64,000 nucleotides of DNA from Candidatus Latescibacterota bacterium (GCA_965208105.1 OZ242318.1:4782117-4846116), one strand, 5' to 3'; numbered from the stretch's first letter, positions 50,335 through 60,314 are shown. Numbers and translations: made by a program. Notes: generated by a model not told the origin, from the letters alone.

Positions 50335-51920
50335 AACTTGTTCTGGCTTATGGTAACCATGCCGCTGAATCCCGCGGCGACCATGCGGTCGGCGAAGGCG
50401 CGGGCATCATCGTTGGGCAGCTCGGGGTTGCGGGAAATCCTCAGGACTCTCCCGATGCTGGCCAGATTGTCCAGGCCATCAAGGCTGTTCAGAACGGCAT
50501 TTTCCCTGATCAGCAGGTCCCTGCCGACGAAGACGAGGTTCTGCAATCCGTCGAAGGAGGTGATGGCGTCGTTGTTGGTGACGTTCAGGTTTTCTCCGAT
50601 GTGGCTGAGGTTCTTCAGTCCGTCGAAAGAGGAGAGGGACAGATTGTTCAGGAGGAACAGGCTCTCCTCGATGCGGCTGAGGTTCTGCAGGCCGTCCAGG
50701 GAAGTGAGGGCGCGGTTGTTGGTTATGAACAGGTCCTCGCCAATCCCGGTGAGCTTGTGGAATTGATCGAGGGAGGTCAGGACTCCATTGTTGGAGATGA
50801 TTGCATCGTTCTCTACATAGGTGAGATGGTTGAGCCCTTCAAGAGAGAGAAGGGACGGGTTGTCGCCGATCCACAGCTCACCATCGATGCTTTCGAGGTT
50901 GTGCAGGCCATCGAGAGAAACAAGACTCTCATTGCCAACTACGCCCAGGCTTCCTTTCAATGTATCGAGGTTGTGGAGACCGCTGAAGGAAGTGAGAACC
51001 GGATTGTGGCTGATCCACAGGTCCTCTCCAATGCTTTCGAGGTTGCGCAGGCTTCCGAGGGAAGTGAGAGCGCTGTTGGAGTCGATGAAGATGTCATTGC
51101 CGATGCTTTTCAGATTGTCCAGGCCCTCGAGGGAGACGAGCGATCGGTTGCCGCTGATGCGCAGGCTTTTCTCGATCCTGTTGAGGTTGTGCAGACCCTT
51201 GAGGGAGGCGAGAGCTTTGTTGTTGTCGACGAGGAAGTTGGCGCCGATGCTGTGGAGGTTGCCCAAACCCTCGAGGGAAACGAGGGCGTGGTTGGCATCG
51301 ATGAAGGGAGTGCCTCCGATGCTGCCGAGGTTCTGCAAGCTCTCGAGCGAGGCGAGGGCTTCGTTGCCGTAGATGATGAGATCTCTGCCGATGCTTTCGA
51401 GGTTGTGCAGCCCCTTCAGGCTGGTCAGCCCATGGTTGTTGGAAATGGTCAGATTATCCACGCGCTGGATTCCCTGAAGCCCATGGAGAGACAGGAGGGA
51501 GGGGTTGAAGCTGATCCTCAACTCTCCCCCCCCTTGCGCGGGGGAAAGATTGGCTCCGATGGTTGTTAGGCTGTGCAGGCTATCCAGGGAAGTAAGGGCT
51601 TCGTTGCCGTAGATGCGGAGGTCCGCGCCGATGAGGTTGAGGTTCTCCAACCCCTCCAGGCTGTTGAGGGAAGGGTTGCCTCTGATCGTCAGCCCGCCGC
51701 CGATGGCGGTGAGGTCTTGCAAGCCATCGAGGTCGGACAGGAGGGTGGATTCGATGAGGAGGTTTCCGCTGATGCGCTGGCGCGAGCGCAGAGGACCCAG
51801 GTCCTCGGCGGACCTGACCACGTAGTCACCTTCCGAACCGGCAGGCCGATTTTCCCTGTCCGCACAGTTAGGGATAATGAGAAGGCCGATGATGGCCAGG
51901 ATCGCACAGGTTTTCTTCAT
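50331..51920 (-). CDS. Receptor-L-domain/LRR-type repeat lipoprotein (~19 repeats of 24 aa)
   Basis: Signal MKKTCAILAIIGLLIIPNC; tandem repeats such as ESIGRDLIIYGNEALASLESLQNL. Confidence 0.85.
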   Translation of the reverse strand: MKKTCAILAIIGLLIIPNCADRENRPAGSEGDYVVRSAEDLGPLRSRQRISGNLLIESTLLSDLDGLQDLTAIGGGLTIRGNPSLNSLEGLENLNLIGADLRIYGNEALTSLDSLHSLTTIGANLSPAQGGGELRISFNPSLLSLHGLQGIQRVDNLTISNNHGLTSLKGLHNLESIGRDLIIYGNEALASLESLQNLGSIGGTPFIDANHALVSLEGLGNLHSIGANFLVDNNKALASLKGLHNLNRIEKSLRISGNRSLVSLEGLDNLKSIGNDIFIDSNSALTSLGSLRNLESIGEDLWISHNPVLTSFSGLHNLDTLKGSLGVVGNESLVSLDGLHNLESIDGELWIGDNPSLLSLEGLNHLTYVENDAIISNNGVLTSLDQFHKLTGIGEDLFITNNRALTSLDGLQNLSRIEESLFLLNNLSLSSFDGLKNLSHIGENLNVTNNDAITSFDGLQNLVFVGRDLLIRENAVLNSLDGLDNLASIGRVLRISRNPELPNDDARAFADRMVAAGFSGMVTISQNKF

Positions 51921-51925
51921 GGCAA

Positions 51926-52954
51926 TCAGGGGTCGATGGACTGAAGGAATCCGGGGTCGGACAAGGTTTTCAGAAATGCCACCAGGGCTTCCTGCTGCTC
52001 GGGGCTCAGGGTATGTCTCCTGGCGCGCAGCAAGGGATCGGTGAGGGCGGATTTCCGAATGCCCGAGCTGTAGAATTCGACCACCTCCTCCAGGGTGGCG
52101 AAGCGGCCGTCGTGCATGTAGGGAGCAGTGTATTCGATATTGCGCAGGGTGGGGGACTTGAACTTGCCCAGATCGAAGATCCTGCCGGTGATTGCGGCCA
52201 GGCCGGAATCGGAGGGCGCGACGTCGATCCCGTTGTTGTGAAACTGGTTGTCGGTGAAGAGGATGGTGCCGTGGCAGTGGAAACAGTCGCCCGTTTCATT
52301 GTTGAACAGCTCGAAGCCCAGTTGTTCCCTGGGGGAAAGCTCGGCGCGTCCCGCAAGGAAGCGGTCGTATTTGGAATTGCTCGAAATCAGGGTGCGCTCG
52401 AACTGGGCGATGGCCTTGACCGCCAGGTCGCGAGTGACGGGGCGGTTGCCGAAGGCCATCTCGAAAAGCCCGGGATAATCCGGGTTGCGCTCCAGTTTCT
52501 CCACCACGTGGTCCCAGCTTTCACCCATCTCCACCGCCTGCTGCACCGGCTGCACGGCCTGTTCCTCCAGGCTTGCGGCACGGCCATCCCAGAACAGGGA
52601 TGGCGCCCAGCCGACATTCACGAGAGGCATGGAATGGCGCGGGGTAAATCCACCTACGCCTTCGCTGAAGCGCACGGGGTCGCCGAAGGAGAATTGGGGC
52701 AGGTGGCAACTGGCGCAGGACTTGGTGCTGTCAATTGAGAGAATGGGGTCGAAGAACAGCTTCCTTCCCAGTTCCACTCCTTCGACGGTCATGGGGTTGT
52801 CCATCGGGATGGCCATGGGGGGGAACCCCTCGGGAATCTCGAATTGAAGCGGAGTGGGGGCATGTGGGTCCTCCACTCCAACACCCTTGTCGGCGCTTTC
52901 GCAACTGCAAAGCAGGACCAGACCCAGCCCCGCGATGAGTCCCAGTGCGCTCAT
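51926..52954 (-). CDS. Diheme cytochrome c peroxidase family (MbnH/MauG-like) lipoprotein
   Basis: LGRKLFFDPILS, CASCH, FWDGRAASLEEQ, CFHCH, FKSPTLRN..TAPYMHDG; lipobox LCSC; start ATG 52954. Confidence 0.9.
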   Translation of the reverse strand: MSALGLIAGLGLVLLCSCESADKGVGVEDPHAPTPLQFEIPEGFPPMAIPMDNPMTVEGVELGRKLFFDPILSIDSTKSCASCHLPQFSFGDPVRFSEGVGGFTPRHSMPLVNVGWAPSLFWDGRAASLEEQAVQPVQQAVEMGESWDHVVEKLERNPDYPGLFEMAFGNRPVTRDLAVKAIAQFERTLISSNSKYDRFLAGRAELSPREQLGFELFNNETGDCFHCHGTILFTDNQFHNNGIDVAPSDSGLAAITGRIFDLGKFKSPTLRNIEYTAPYMHDGRFATLEEVVEFYSSGIRKSALTDPLLRARRHTLSPEQQEALVAFLKTLSDPGFLQSIDP

Positions 52955-52964
52955 GACGCGGATC

Positions 52965-53732
52965 TCAATTTCGGCGCGTGTGGCCCAGGGAGAAAACCGA
53001 GTTCCCGTTTTCCTGAAGGATGGTTTGAGCATCCTGGTTGCCCATGATCATGCCCCGGCCAACGAAATCGTAGACGTTGGGATTTTTGAACCACTCATCG
53101 ACGTTCATCACTATCCTTATCTCCCAATCTCCGCCGTCGATTTCGACCGCCAGTGGAAGTGTTGCTGAAATCGAATAGTCTCCCCCCCCGGACGGACCTG
53201 TGTGGACCAGGAAGCTGCCCTCCTCTTCCCCTGCACTGTAAGAGCCTTCCAGTTTCATGTAGTGGTATCCTCCGCCCATGGGCTGCGGCCAGGCCATGTT
53301 GTTGTATTTCATTTCGTTGGGCAGGGAGCCGGTGAGATTGTCCTTGCCGGGAATGCCGAAGTTGAAGGAGAGGGCGGTATAGCTCCCCGATGCGACCCCG
53401 GCGGCCGTGAAATCCAGGGTGGAGACATGCTCCGGGTTGACGCAGTGGTGATCCTTCAACTCAACGCTTGCGCCATCTTTCTCTTCCAACCTGAAGTCCG
53501 TTGCGATGTATTCAAGCCGGGAAATCGAGTAGTCGTTACCTGCTGCGTTGGTGTACCGAGCCTCATTCAAGACGAGAGGATGCCCGTTGACTTCATGATC
53601 CATCAGGACGGTTACCGTGCCGGCATCTCCATCATCTCCGCCATCGCCGCAGCCGGAAAAAATAAACGGCGCGACCATGGTCATCACCATGAGCGCGATA
53701 TGGGCAGAGAAGCCGGGCGCGAGTCTGTTCAC
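52965..53732 (-). CDS. MbnP family protein
   Basis: Lipobox FSGC; [42 protein letters not shown]; directly upstream of the diheme peroxidase. Confidence 0.72.
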   Translation of the reverse strand: MNRLAPGFSAHIALMVMTMVAPFIFSGCGDGGDDGDAGTVTVLMDHEVNGHPLVLNEARYTNAAGNDYSISRLEYIATDFRLEEKDGASVELKDHHCVNPEHVSTLDFTAAGVASGSYTALSFNFGIPGKDNLTGSLPNEMKYNNMAWPQPMGGGYHYMKLEGSYSAGEEEGSFLVHTGPSGGGDYSISATLPLAVEIDGGDWEIRIVMNVDEWFKNPNVYDFVGRGMIMGNQDAQTILQENGNSVFSLGHTRRN

Positions 53733-54613
53733 TGTTCATTCTCCTTCAGAGTATTGTATAGATCGAAGGCCTTGTCCGGCGATTCCCTCTCGTGGACGAC
53801 GGCGCGCACCGCTTGAATCATTGCCATCGGCGATTCCGCCTGAAATATGTTGCGCCCCATGTCCACCCCGTTTGCCCCCTGCTGGATGGCATTGTAGGCC
53901 ATCTTCAGGGCGTCCAGCTCGGGCCGTTTCTTCCCGCCGGCTATCACAATCGGCACAGGACAGCAGGCGGCGACAGTGTCGAAGCCCTCTTCCACGAAAT
54001 AGGTCTTGACGTAGTGAGCCCCGAGTTCGGCGCAAATACGGGTGGCCAGGCGAAAATATTTGGCATCGCGGGTCATTTCCCTGCCCACCGCCGTTACAGC
54101 CAGTGTGGGAATCCCGCAGCGCGTCCCCAGGTCCACCAGGCGGGTCATGTTGATCACCGATTCCTTCTCGTGCTCTCCCCCGATAAAGACCTGAACCGCC
54201 ACTCCGCAGGCGTTCAGACGCACGGCGTCCTCCATGTCCATGGCGATTTCCTCATTGGAAAGTTCCTTCAGAATGCTGGGTCCCCCCGAAGCTCGCAGAA
54301 CGAGGGATTTCGCCGTGGAAGGAGGAATCGTGCTGCGCAATATTCCCCGGGTCAACATCAGGGTATCCGCGTGCGGGATCAGGGGATTGATGCTGAGATC
54401 GATGCGTTCCAACCCGGTCGTCGGACCTTGAAAGTAACCGTGGTCAAAGGCGAGCATTACGGTATTGCCGGACCCGCTGCTGAAGATCCTTGCAAGCCTG
54501 TTCTTCATGCCCCAGTCGTAGGAGTTGGAGCCTTTGAGGAAGAAACCTTCCGTGGCATGGCCGACTTCCGTGTGAAAATTCTTGCTTTCTCTACTTTCAT
54601 CTGCCTCCGGCAT
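53729..54613 (-). CDS. lsrF: LsrF family thiolase/class I aldolase
   Basis: [52 protein letters not shown]. Confidence 0.9.
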   Translation of the reverse strand: MPEADESRESKNFHTEVGHATEGFFLKGSNSYDWGMKNRLARIFSSGSGNTVMLAFDHGYFQGPTTGLERIDLSINPLIPHADTLMLTRGILRSTIPPSTAKSLVLRASGGPSILKELSNEEIAMDMEDAVRLNACGVAVQVFIGGEHEKESVINMTRLVDLGTRCGIPTLAVTAVGREMTRDAKYFRLATRICAELGAHYVKTYFVEEGFDTVAACCPVPIVIAGGKKRPELDALKMAYNAIQQGANGVDMGRNIFQAESPMAMIQAVRAVVHERESPDKAFDLYNTLKENEQ

Positions 54614-54651
54614 CGCAAAATTCCTTTCTTCTCTCAGTTCCTTGCCTCAGG

Positions 54652-56625
54652 TCAAACAACGCGGTCGTTGCCCCCGTCGACGGGAATCTGCGCCCCCGTG
54701 GTTTTGGCAAAGACCGGTCCCGCCATGGCGCAGGCCAAGGTCGCAACGTCCCTTGCGGTGACTTCCACTTTCAGGAGATTGTTGGTCTTGTACTCACCCA
54801 CGCTGAGGCCGTATTGTTGCGCCCGGCTTCGCAGCAGTTCGGGGGTCCACAACCCGGTGTCGAAGACGGCGTTGGGATGAAGAATATTGACCCTGATTCC
54901 AGCTCCGGCCAGTTCCAATGCCGCCACTCGCGCCAGTTGGGTCAGTCCGGCCTTGGCCACCGAGTAGGCTCCCGCCCCCGGTCCCGGCGCAGGCACATTC
55001 TTGGATGCGACGACGACTACGGACGGATCGATGCCCAGCTCGAGATAGGGGATGCAGGTTTTCAGGAGAAATTGGTGACTCGACAGGTTGAGGGCCAGAC
55101 TGCGGTCCCAATTGTCTCCATCCATCTGCGAGATGTGTTGCCCGGCGGGAAATACACCGGCGTTGCTGATCAGCACGTCCAGCCCGCCAAATGCCTGGAT
55201 GGTGCTCTCCACCGCCCGCTCCACATCTTCCTTCCTGGTGACGTCGCAAACCTGTCCAAGGATTTCTTCCCGGGAAAACAGTTCCGCGGTATCCGCACGA
55301 ATATCCAGGGCAGCCACCGCCGCACCCTGGGCACTGAGCAACTCGGCGCATGCGCGCCCAATTCCACTGGCGGCTCCGGTTACCACGGCCACCTTGCCGA
55401 GAAGGGGAAGGTGGCCTTTCCCCTGGTCCAACTTGGCCTGCTGCAACTCCCAATATTCGACCCGGAAAATCTCCTCTTCCGGCAGCGCCTGCCATCCTCC
55501 CAGGACCTCGGCCATCTGGATGGAGCGCATGGTGTGGTCCTTGATATCGGAGACGATCCTGAGATCCTTTAATCTCTGACCGAAGGAGATTGTTCCGCGT
55601 CCGGGCCACACCGCCCAGCGCGGCGCCGGATCCAGACAGACCTCGCCACTGTTCGCGTTGCGCTCGAAGTACTGAAGGTAGGCCTCTGCGTAACGGCGGA
55701 TACTGCCTTCCGCGTCCGAGCCGATAATTGCGGGAATGGATTTTGCCCGGGTCACGTGGTCCGCGGTCAGGGGGCCGCGGGTGGCAATGCGGGCCACATC
55801 CGCCCGATTGGCGAATCCCACAGCATCGCCGCCCGGGTCCAACCTGGCAAACATGGCTGCCTTTCTCGTCCTAGATACATCTCGGCGCAAACGCGCCAGG
55901 GTCATCAGGTCGATATCTTCGGCCTTTTGCGCCGGGGAGTGAGGTCTCGCCCGCTGCCGTTGGTGGTACTTCTCAGCCGTGGTCACGATCCGGATCATTT
56001 TTTCGTAGGAATCTCGTGCCGTTTCGCCAAACGTAACGACACCGTGGTTCAGAAGAATCATTCCATCGAGCCGTTGCCAGTCTACCTTTCGGGTCATGCG
56101 GTAGATCTTTCTGGCCAGGACGAACCCCGGCATTAGATAGGGTACGATGAACATATTCGGTCCGTATATCCGGCGGATTAGGCTCTCTCCTTCCGCCGTG
56201 TTGGTGATGGCGAGGACGGCGTCGGCGTGGGTGTGGTCCACGAACTTGAATGGAATTACGGCGTGCAGGACGGACTCCACCGAGGGGTTCGGGGCGTCGG
56301 GATCCACCAAAGCGGCACGCAGGGACTTGAACATTTCGCGGTCGCTCAAATGGTCCAGCTGGGCGATTTTCACCAGCACGTCCAACCTTACCGGCGAAAA
56401 TCCGGGTGCCTCGATAGTGGCCATGTCCCGGCCGCTGCCTTTGACGTAGAGCAGTGCCTCCTCTTCACCGAAGAGGTTTTTCCCCTTGATCTTTACCGAG
56501 GTGTTGCCTCCGCCGTGCAACACCAGGTCGGGCTCGCGTCCCAGGAGCCGGGAGGTGTAGACGCGGAGTTGCAGAGGATCGTCCCCCAGCTTGCGGGCTG
56601 TGTCCTCGTCCCACCGGGTCTCCAC
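54652..56625 (-). CDS. Bifunctional class II aldolase/short-chain dehydrogenase (RhaEW-like)
   Basis: LVLHGGGNTSVK, PSVE..H, HTHAD, NHG, EYWELQQAKL, then SDR TGAASGIG and YSVAK. Confidence 0.9.
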   Translation of the reverse strand: METRWDEDTARKLGDDPLQLRVYTSRLLGREPDLVLHGGGNTSVKIKGKNLFGEEEALLYVKGSGRDMATIEAPGFSPVRLDVLVKIAQLDHLSDREMFKSLRAALVDPDAPNPSVESVLHAVIPFKFVDHTHADAVLAITNTAEGESLIRRIYGPNMFIVPYLMPGFVLARKIYRMTRKVDWQRLDGMILLNHGVVTFGETARDSYEKMIRIVTTAEKYHQRQRARPHSPAQKAEDIDLMTLARLRRDVSRTRKAAMFARLDPGGDAVGFANRADVARIATRGPLTADHVTRAKSIPAIIGSDAEGSIRRYAEAYLQYFERNANSGEVCLDPAPRWAVWPGRGTISFGQRLKDLRIVSDIKDHTMRSIQMAEVLGGWQALPEEEIFRVEYWELQQAKLDQGKGHLPLLGKVAVVTGAASGIGRACAELLSAQGAAVAALDIRADTAELFSREEILGQVCDVTRKEDVERAVESTIQAFGGLDVLISNAGVFPAGQHISQMDGDNWDRSLALNLSSHQFLLKTCIPYLELGIDPSVVVVASKNVPAPGPGAGAYSVAKAGLTQLARVAALELAGAGIRVNILHPNAVFDTGLWTPELLRSRAQQYGLSVGEYKTNNLLKVEVTARDVATLACAMAGPVFAKTTGAQIPVDGGNDRVV

Positions 56626-56628
56626 GCT

Positions 56629-57360
56629 TCAGCCTCTGCCCAGGTAGGCTTGGGTGGTCGGCAGAACGATTGCTTCCAGGAAGTTGACATGGGGGGGCAG
56701 GACCGCCATGTGTACGGCGACTTCTGCCAATTCGTCTACGGTCATCATGGGTTCGTCGTCGGCCGGCTTGTCGCTGTCCAGGCGGCGCTCCACCAGGGTA
56801 TTGCCCGGGTGAAGGCAGCTCACGACAATTCCATGCTCGCGCCCTTCAATGGCGGTTGCCTGGGTCAATCCCCAGATCCCGTGCTTCGCCGCGGTGTAGG
56901 GCGCCATATTGTTCCGCGAGCGCTGAGAGGAGATGCTGCCAATGTTAATGATGCGGCCTCCTCCCCGAGGCTTCATGATCGTGAACGCTTCCCGGGTGCA
57001 CAGAAAGGCGCCGGTCAGGCAGACTCCGATGACCCTGTTCCAGGCATCGAGGCTGATGTCCTCAACGGCCCCTCCATCAAAAGCGCCCGCATTGTTGACC
57101 AGGATGTCCAGGCGGCCCAGGCGATCCACTACCGTGGCAAAGAGGGCCTTCACCTGCTCCTCATCGGTCACGTCGGTGGGCACAGGCAGAACCCGGGCGC
57201 CCTCCGCCTCCAATTCGCCTGCGGCGCGCCGCAGCGCCTCCGCATCCCGGGCCGCAAGGCAGAGATGCGCGCCCTCCCTGGCAAGACCGCGGGCGATTCC
57301 TTTGCCGATGCCTCGATTACCGCCGGTAACCAGGGCTGTTTTCCCGTCGAGTCGTCCCAT
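56629..57360 (-). CDS. Short-chain dehydrogenase/reductase
   Basis: TGGNRGIG, NNAG, YTAAK; start ATG 57360 with AGGAGG RBS. Confidence 0.9.
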   Translation of the reverse strand: MGRLDGKTALVTGGNRGIGKGIARGLAREGAHLCLAARDAEALRRAAGELEAEGARVLPVPTDVTDEEQVKALFATVVDRLGRLDILVNNAGAFDGGAVEDISLDAWNRVIGVCLTGAFLCTREAFTIMKPRGGGRIINIGSISSQRSRNNMAPYTAAKHGIWGLTQATAIEGREHGIVVSCLHPGNTLVERRLDSDKPADDEPMMTVDELAEVAVHMAVLPPHVNFLEAIVLPTTQAYLGRG

Positions 57361-57454
57361 ACTTCCTCCTTTATCTCGATGTTCAACGAAAGCTCCGAGC
57401 GCCGGAAGTTTTAAATGGAGCCCCGGACAAAATCGACGTGGAGTCGCGGGGGGT

Positions 57455-57790
57455 CTATCTGAGCTTGGGATTATTGGCATGCCGCTCGCGGTCACGTGCC
57501 GTCTTCTTGTCCATGGCGCGAGACAATGCCTCCTCCAGGTCGATACCGGTCTGGTTGGCCAGGCAGATCAGCACAAAGAGCACGTCGGCCATCTCCATGC
57601 CAATATCCGCGTCCTCCTCACCGGCCTTGAAACTCTGATCGCCGAATTCTCGTGCCATCAGACGCGCCAACTCGCCTACTTCTTCCATCAGCACGGCGGT
57701 ATTGGTCAATTCGGAGAAATACCGCACCCCTATGCTGCGGATCCAGTGGTCGACTTCCTTCTGGTATGTCCCGAGACTTTTGCCTTCCAC
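57455..57790 (-). CDS. MazG-like nucleotide pyrophosphohydrolase (YpjD-type)
   Basis: YFSELTN, EEVGELAR, EMADVLFVLICLANQTG, RDRERH; start uncertain. Confidence 0.9.
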   Translation of the reverse strand: MEGKSLGTYQKEVDHWIRSIGVRYFSELTNTAVLMEEVGELARLMAREFGDQSFKAGEEDADIGMEMADVLFVLICLANQTGIDLEEALSRAMDKKTARDRERHANNPKLR

Positions 57791-57996
57791 GCTTGGGAAT
57801 GTGTCCTCAAAACAAAGAGCAGTCAATAATGTAACCACGACTGCTCCTTGGGTGAATTGATCGGTGTGGCGAGGGGAAAATCTTCCGGGTCCGGGATGCC
57901 TCTGATCCTGGATTACGCTCAGCTCAAGCAGGATTTCGGCTCGAGGTTACCTGGGGAAACTCCCGGAAAAATGAGGGGATTAGCCCCGGGTGAGAC

Positions 57997-59271
57997 CTAC
58001 AGTCTCTCCAATTTCGCTCCCAACCCGCGGAGACGATCTTCCAGATGCGCGTGTCCACGGTCCAGTTGGTAGAGATTGTGTACACTTGTCCGTCCCTGGG
58101 CAGCCAGACCCGCGAGCACGCAGGCCACCCCTGCGCGAATGTCGAGAGCCTTGACCTTGGCTCCCTTGAGCTGGGCAGGTCCCTGGACGATGATCAGCCT
58201 GTCCTTTTCCGGAGACAGGCTTGCGCCGAAGGAACGCAGATTCTTCACGTGACCGAAGCGATCCTCGAAAACCGTCTCCCGGATGAAGCTGTCCCCTCTG
58301 GCCACACAGGCAAGGGCCATTATACTCGGCTGAAGATCGGTTGGAAATCCAGGATAGAAGGTAGTCACGACGTTTATCGGTGAAAGCCATTCCGGACCTC
58401 GCACCCGCAGCCAGCCGCCGTCCTCGATCGTCTCCACGCCCATCTGCTGCAGCTTGGCCTCGAAAACTCTCAGGTGGTCGATATTGACTCCCTTCAGGGC
58501 CACCTCTCCTCCCGCCATGGCGCAGGCCATCATGAGCATTCCGGCATCCAGCCGGTCGTGCATCACGGTGTGCTCGGCACCCCGCAGCCGGTCTACTCCG
58601 GTAATTCTCACAGTGCGCGTGCCGGCTCCCTCCACCTTCGCTCCCATCTTGGTGAGCAGCCGGACAAAATCCACGATCTCGGGATCGGACGCGGCATTTT
58701 CTATGACCGACTCGCCGCGGGCCAGGCTGGCGGCCATGATCAGGTTCTCTACGCCGGTATGGCTGGGGACATCGCAATAGGTAAAACCACCCTGAAGCGG
58801 CTGCTCGGCACTGATTTCCAGACCTCCCCCGCCAACTCCCTGGACCTGGGCGTTGAGGCGGGCAAAGCCGCGCTCGTGGTAGTCCCAGGGGCGCTGTCCA
58901 ATGCTGCAGCCTCCCACTCCTTTGATTCGAGCGTGGAGAAACCGTCCCAGAAGGGGTCCCACAAACAGGATTGAGGCACGGAAGCGCTCTGTCAGTTCGT
59001 CGGGAAGATCTGTGCCGATCTCACCGCTGGCGTCTATGACCGCGACTTCATCCACCGGGTCGTAGTCAACAACGGCGCCAAGCCGGCGCAAGACCTCCAG
59101 TCCCACCAGGACATCCTTGACCGGAGGTACGCGCCGCAGCACCGTATGCCCCCTCTCGGCCAGCAGGGAGGCTGCAAGCATGGGCAGGGCGGCGTTTTTC
59201 GAACCCTGCACCACGGCTTCTCCTCTCAGGCTGTGACCGCCCTCTATATAGAGAACTTCCTCTGAAGCCAT
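57997..59271 (-). CDS. murA: UDP-N-acetylglucosamine 1-carboxyvinyltransferase
   Basis: GSKNAALP, RASI, GGCSIGQRP, YPGFPTDLQ, DIRAG, LDRG. Confidence 0.95.
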   Translation of the reverse strand: MASEEVLYIEGGHSLRGEAVVQGSKNAALPMLAASLLAERGHTVLRRVPPVKDVLVGLEVLRRLGAVVDYDPVDEVAVIDASGEIGTDLPDELTERFRASILFVGPLLGRFLHARIKGVGGCSIGQRPWDYHERGFARLNAQVQGVGGGGLEISAEQPLQGGFTYCDVPSHTGVENLIMAASLARGESVIENAASDPEIVDFVRLLTKMGAKVEGAGTRTVRITGVDRLRGAEHTVMHDRLDAGMLMMACAMAGGEVALKGVNIDHLRVFEAKLQQMGVETIEDGGWLRVRGPEWLSPINVVTTFYPGFPTDLQPSIMALACVARGDSFIRETVFEDRFGHVKNLRSFGASLSPEKDRLIIVQGPAQLKGAKVKALDIRAGVACVLAGLAAQGRTSVHNLYQLDRGHAHLEDRLRGLGAKLERL

Positions 59272-59323
59272 TGTCTGTTCCTGTTGCAGGTGAAACCGGG
59301 GAGGGAAGAATGTGGACTTGTCA

Positions 59324-59352
59324 AATGTAACGGAACAAGCCTTCCACGTCAA
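59324..59352 (-). promoter_or_regulatory. Putative sigma70 promoter of murA
   Basis: Minus strand TTGACG, 17 bp, TACATT. Confidence 0.5.
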
Positions 59353-59380
59353 TCAAAAACTGCTCTAAGAGCTTGATGGC

Positions 59381-59408
59381 TTGACAGATAGACAACTTTT
59401 TCTATATT
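59381..59408 (+). promoter_or_regulatory. Putative sigma70 promoter of glutaredoxin gene
   Basis: TTGACA, 16 bp, TATATT. Confidence 0.55.
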
Positions 59409-59465
59409 CCTGATTGATCGGGCTCGACTTATTCCCTTCATTCCCTATGGAAAGGATCGGACAAT

Positions 59466-59729
59466 ATGGCCGACTCACCAACAATCGTTGCCTACTTGAA
59501 GCCAGTCTGCGGGTGGAGCAACAGCGTCCGCGAAGTATTTCACAAGTACAATCTGTCGTATGAAGACAAGGATATTATCAATAATCCCGAAATCTATGCC
59601 GAGATGGTGCAGAAGAGTGGCCAGCCACTCTCTCCCTGCGTAGAGATCAACGGGCAGATGCTGGCGGATGTGGATGGAAGCGAGGTCGAGGCCTGGATGA
59701 TTGGAAACAATATCGTGGAGCCGGCCTGA
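59466..59729 (+). CDS. Glutaredoxin (monothiol-like, CGWS)
   Basis: KPVCGWS, SGQPLSPCVEING. Confidence 0.85.
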   Translation: MADSPTIVAYLKPVCGWSNSVREVFHKYNLSYEDKDIINNPEIYAEMVQKSGQPLSPCVEINGQMLADVDGSEVEAWMIGNNIVEPA

Positions 59730-59741
59730 CCCCGATCCCAA

Positions 59742-60314
59742 TCAGCCTTCCAGGATCGAGCTCAGTTCCAGACGCACCCGCTCAGTGATATTGGGCTGCT
59801 CGTGGTTCAGCGGACCCGTAGCGAGCGGCCGCATCAGAGTCAGCGCCCCGAGTGGCTGCCCGTTCCGACTGGTGAACGTCAGGACATAGACAAATCCGAT
59901 ATTTCCCGTTCCGTCTCCCGGCAACAGAAACCCGCTCAAGCCCGGCGAGAAGGGAATTTCTTCGCCGGCTTCCGCCTTTCCCATGACCAGCAGAGAGGTC
60001 TTGTCTGCGAAGGCTTTGCCCGCCAGCGAGCGGCCATCGCCACAGAGCGGATTTCCGTAGACCTCGTCCTGCCCCAACAGCCTCTTCAACTCATGGGCAC
60101 GGGCACTGCTGGCCGAGACCACCTCTCCCATTTCCAGGATTCCATCGGCGTCGACCCGCTCGTACAGCAGGGTTTCCGCAACGTCAATTTCCATCAGCAG
60201 GTTCATGGCTTTGGCCACCGCTTCGTCACCGGGCAATCGGCGGAGGGCGGCAACGATGTGATCGGGAATTTCAATGGGTTCGGGCATGTTGAACGGTATC
60301 ACTGAGATAGCCAT
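59742..60314 (-). CDS. Hypothetical protein (possibly GAF-like)
   Basis: AGGAGG RBS, globular composition, PLGALTL segment; no recognisable family. Confidence 0.6.
   Translation of the reverse strand: MAISVIPFNMPEPIEIPDHIVAALRRLPGDEAVAKAMNLLMEIDVAETLLYERVDADGILEMGEVVSASSARAHELKRLLGQDEVYGNPLCGDGRSLAGKAFADKTSLLVMGKAEAGEEIPFSPGLSGFLLPGDGTGNIGFVYVLTFTSRNGQPLGALTLMRPLATGPLNHEQPNITERVRLELSSILEG

Noticed and set aside
50325-51569. 414-aa antisense ORF with repeats, and many similar antisense ORFs
   Set aside because: Mirror of the receptor-L gene; stop-poor shadow frames are expected at this GC content
50331-51920. Periodic DNA that could be a CRISPR array
   Set aside because: 72-nt degenerate in-frame coding repeats, no identical repeats with unique spacers, no cas genes
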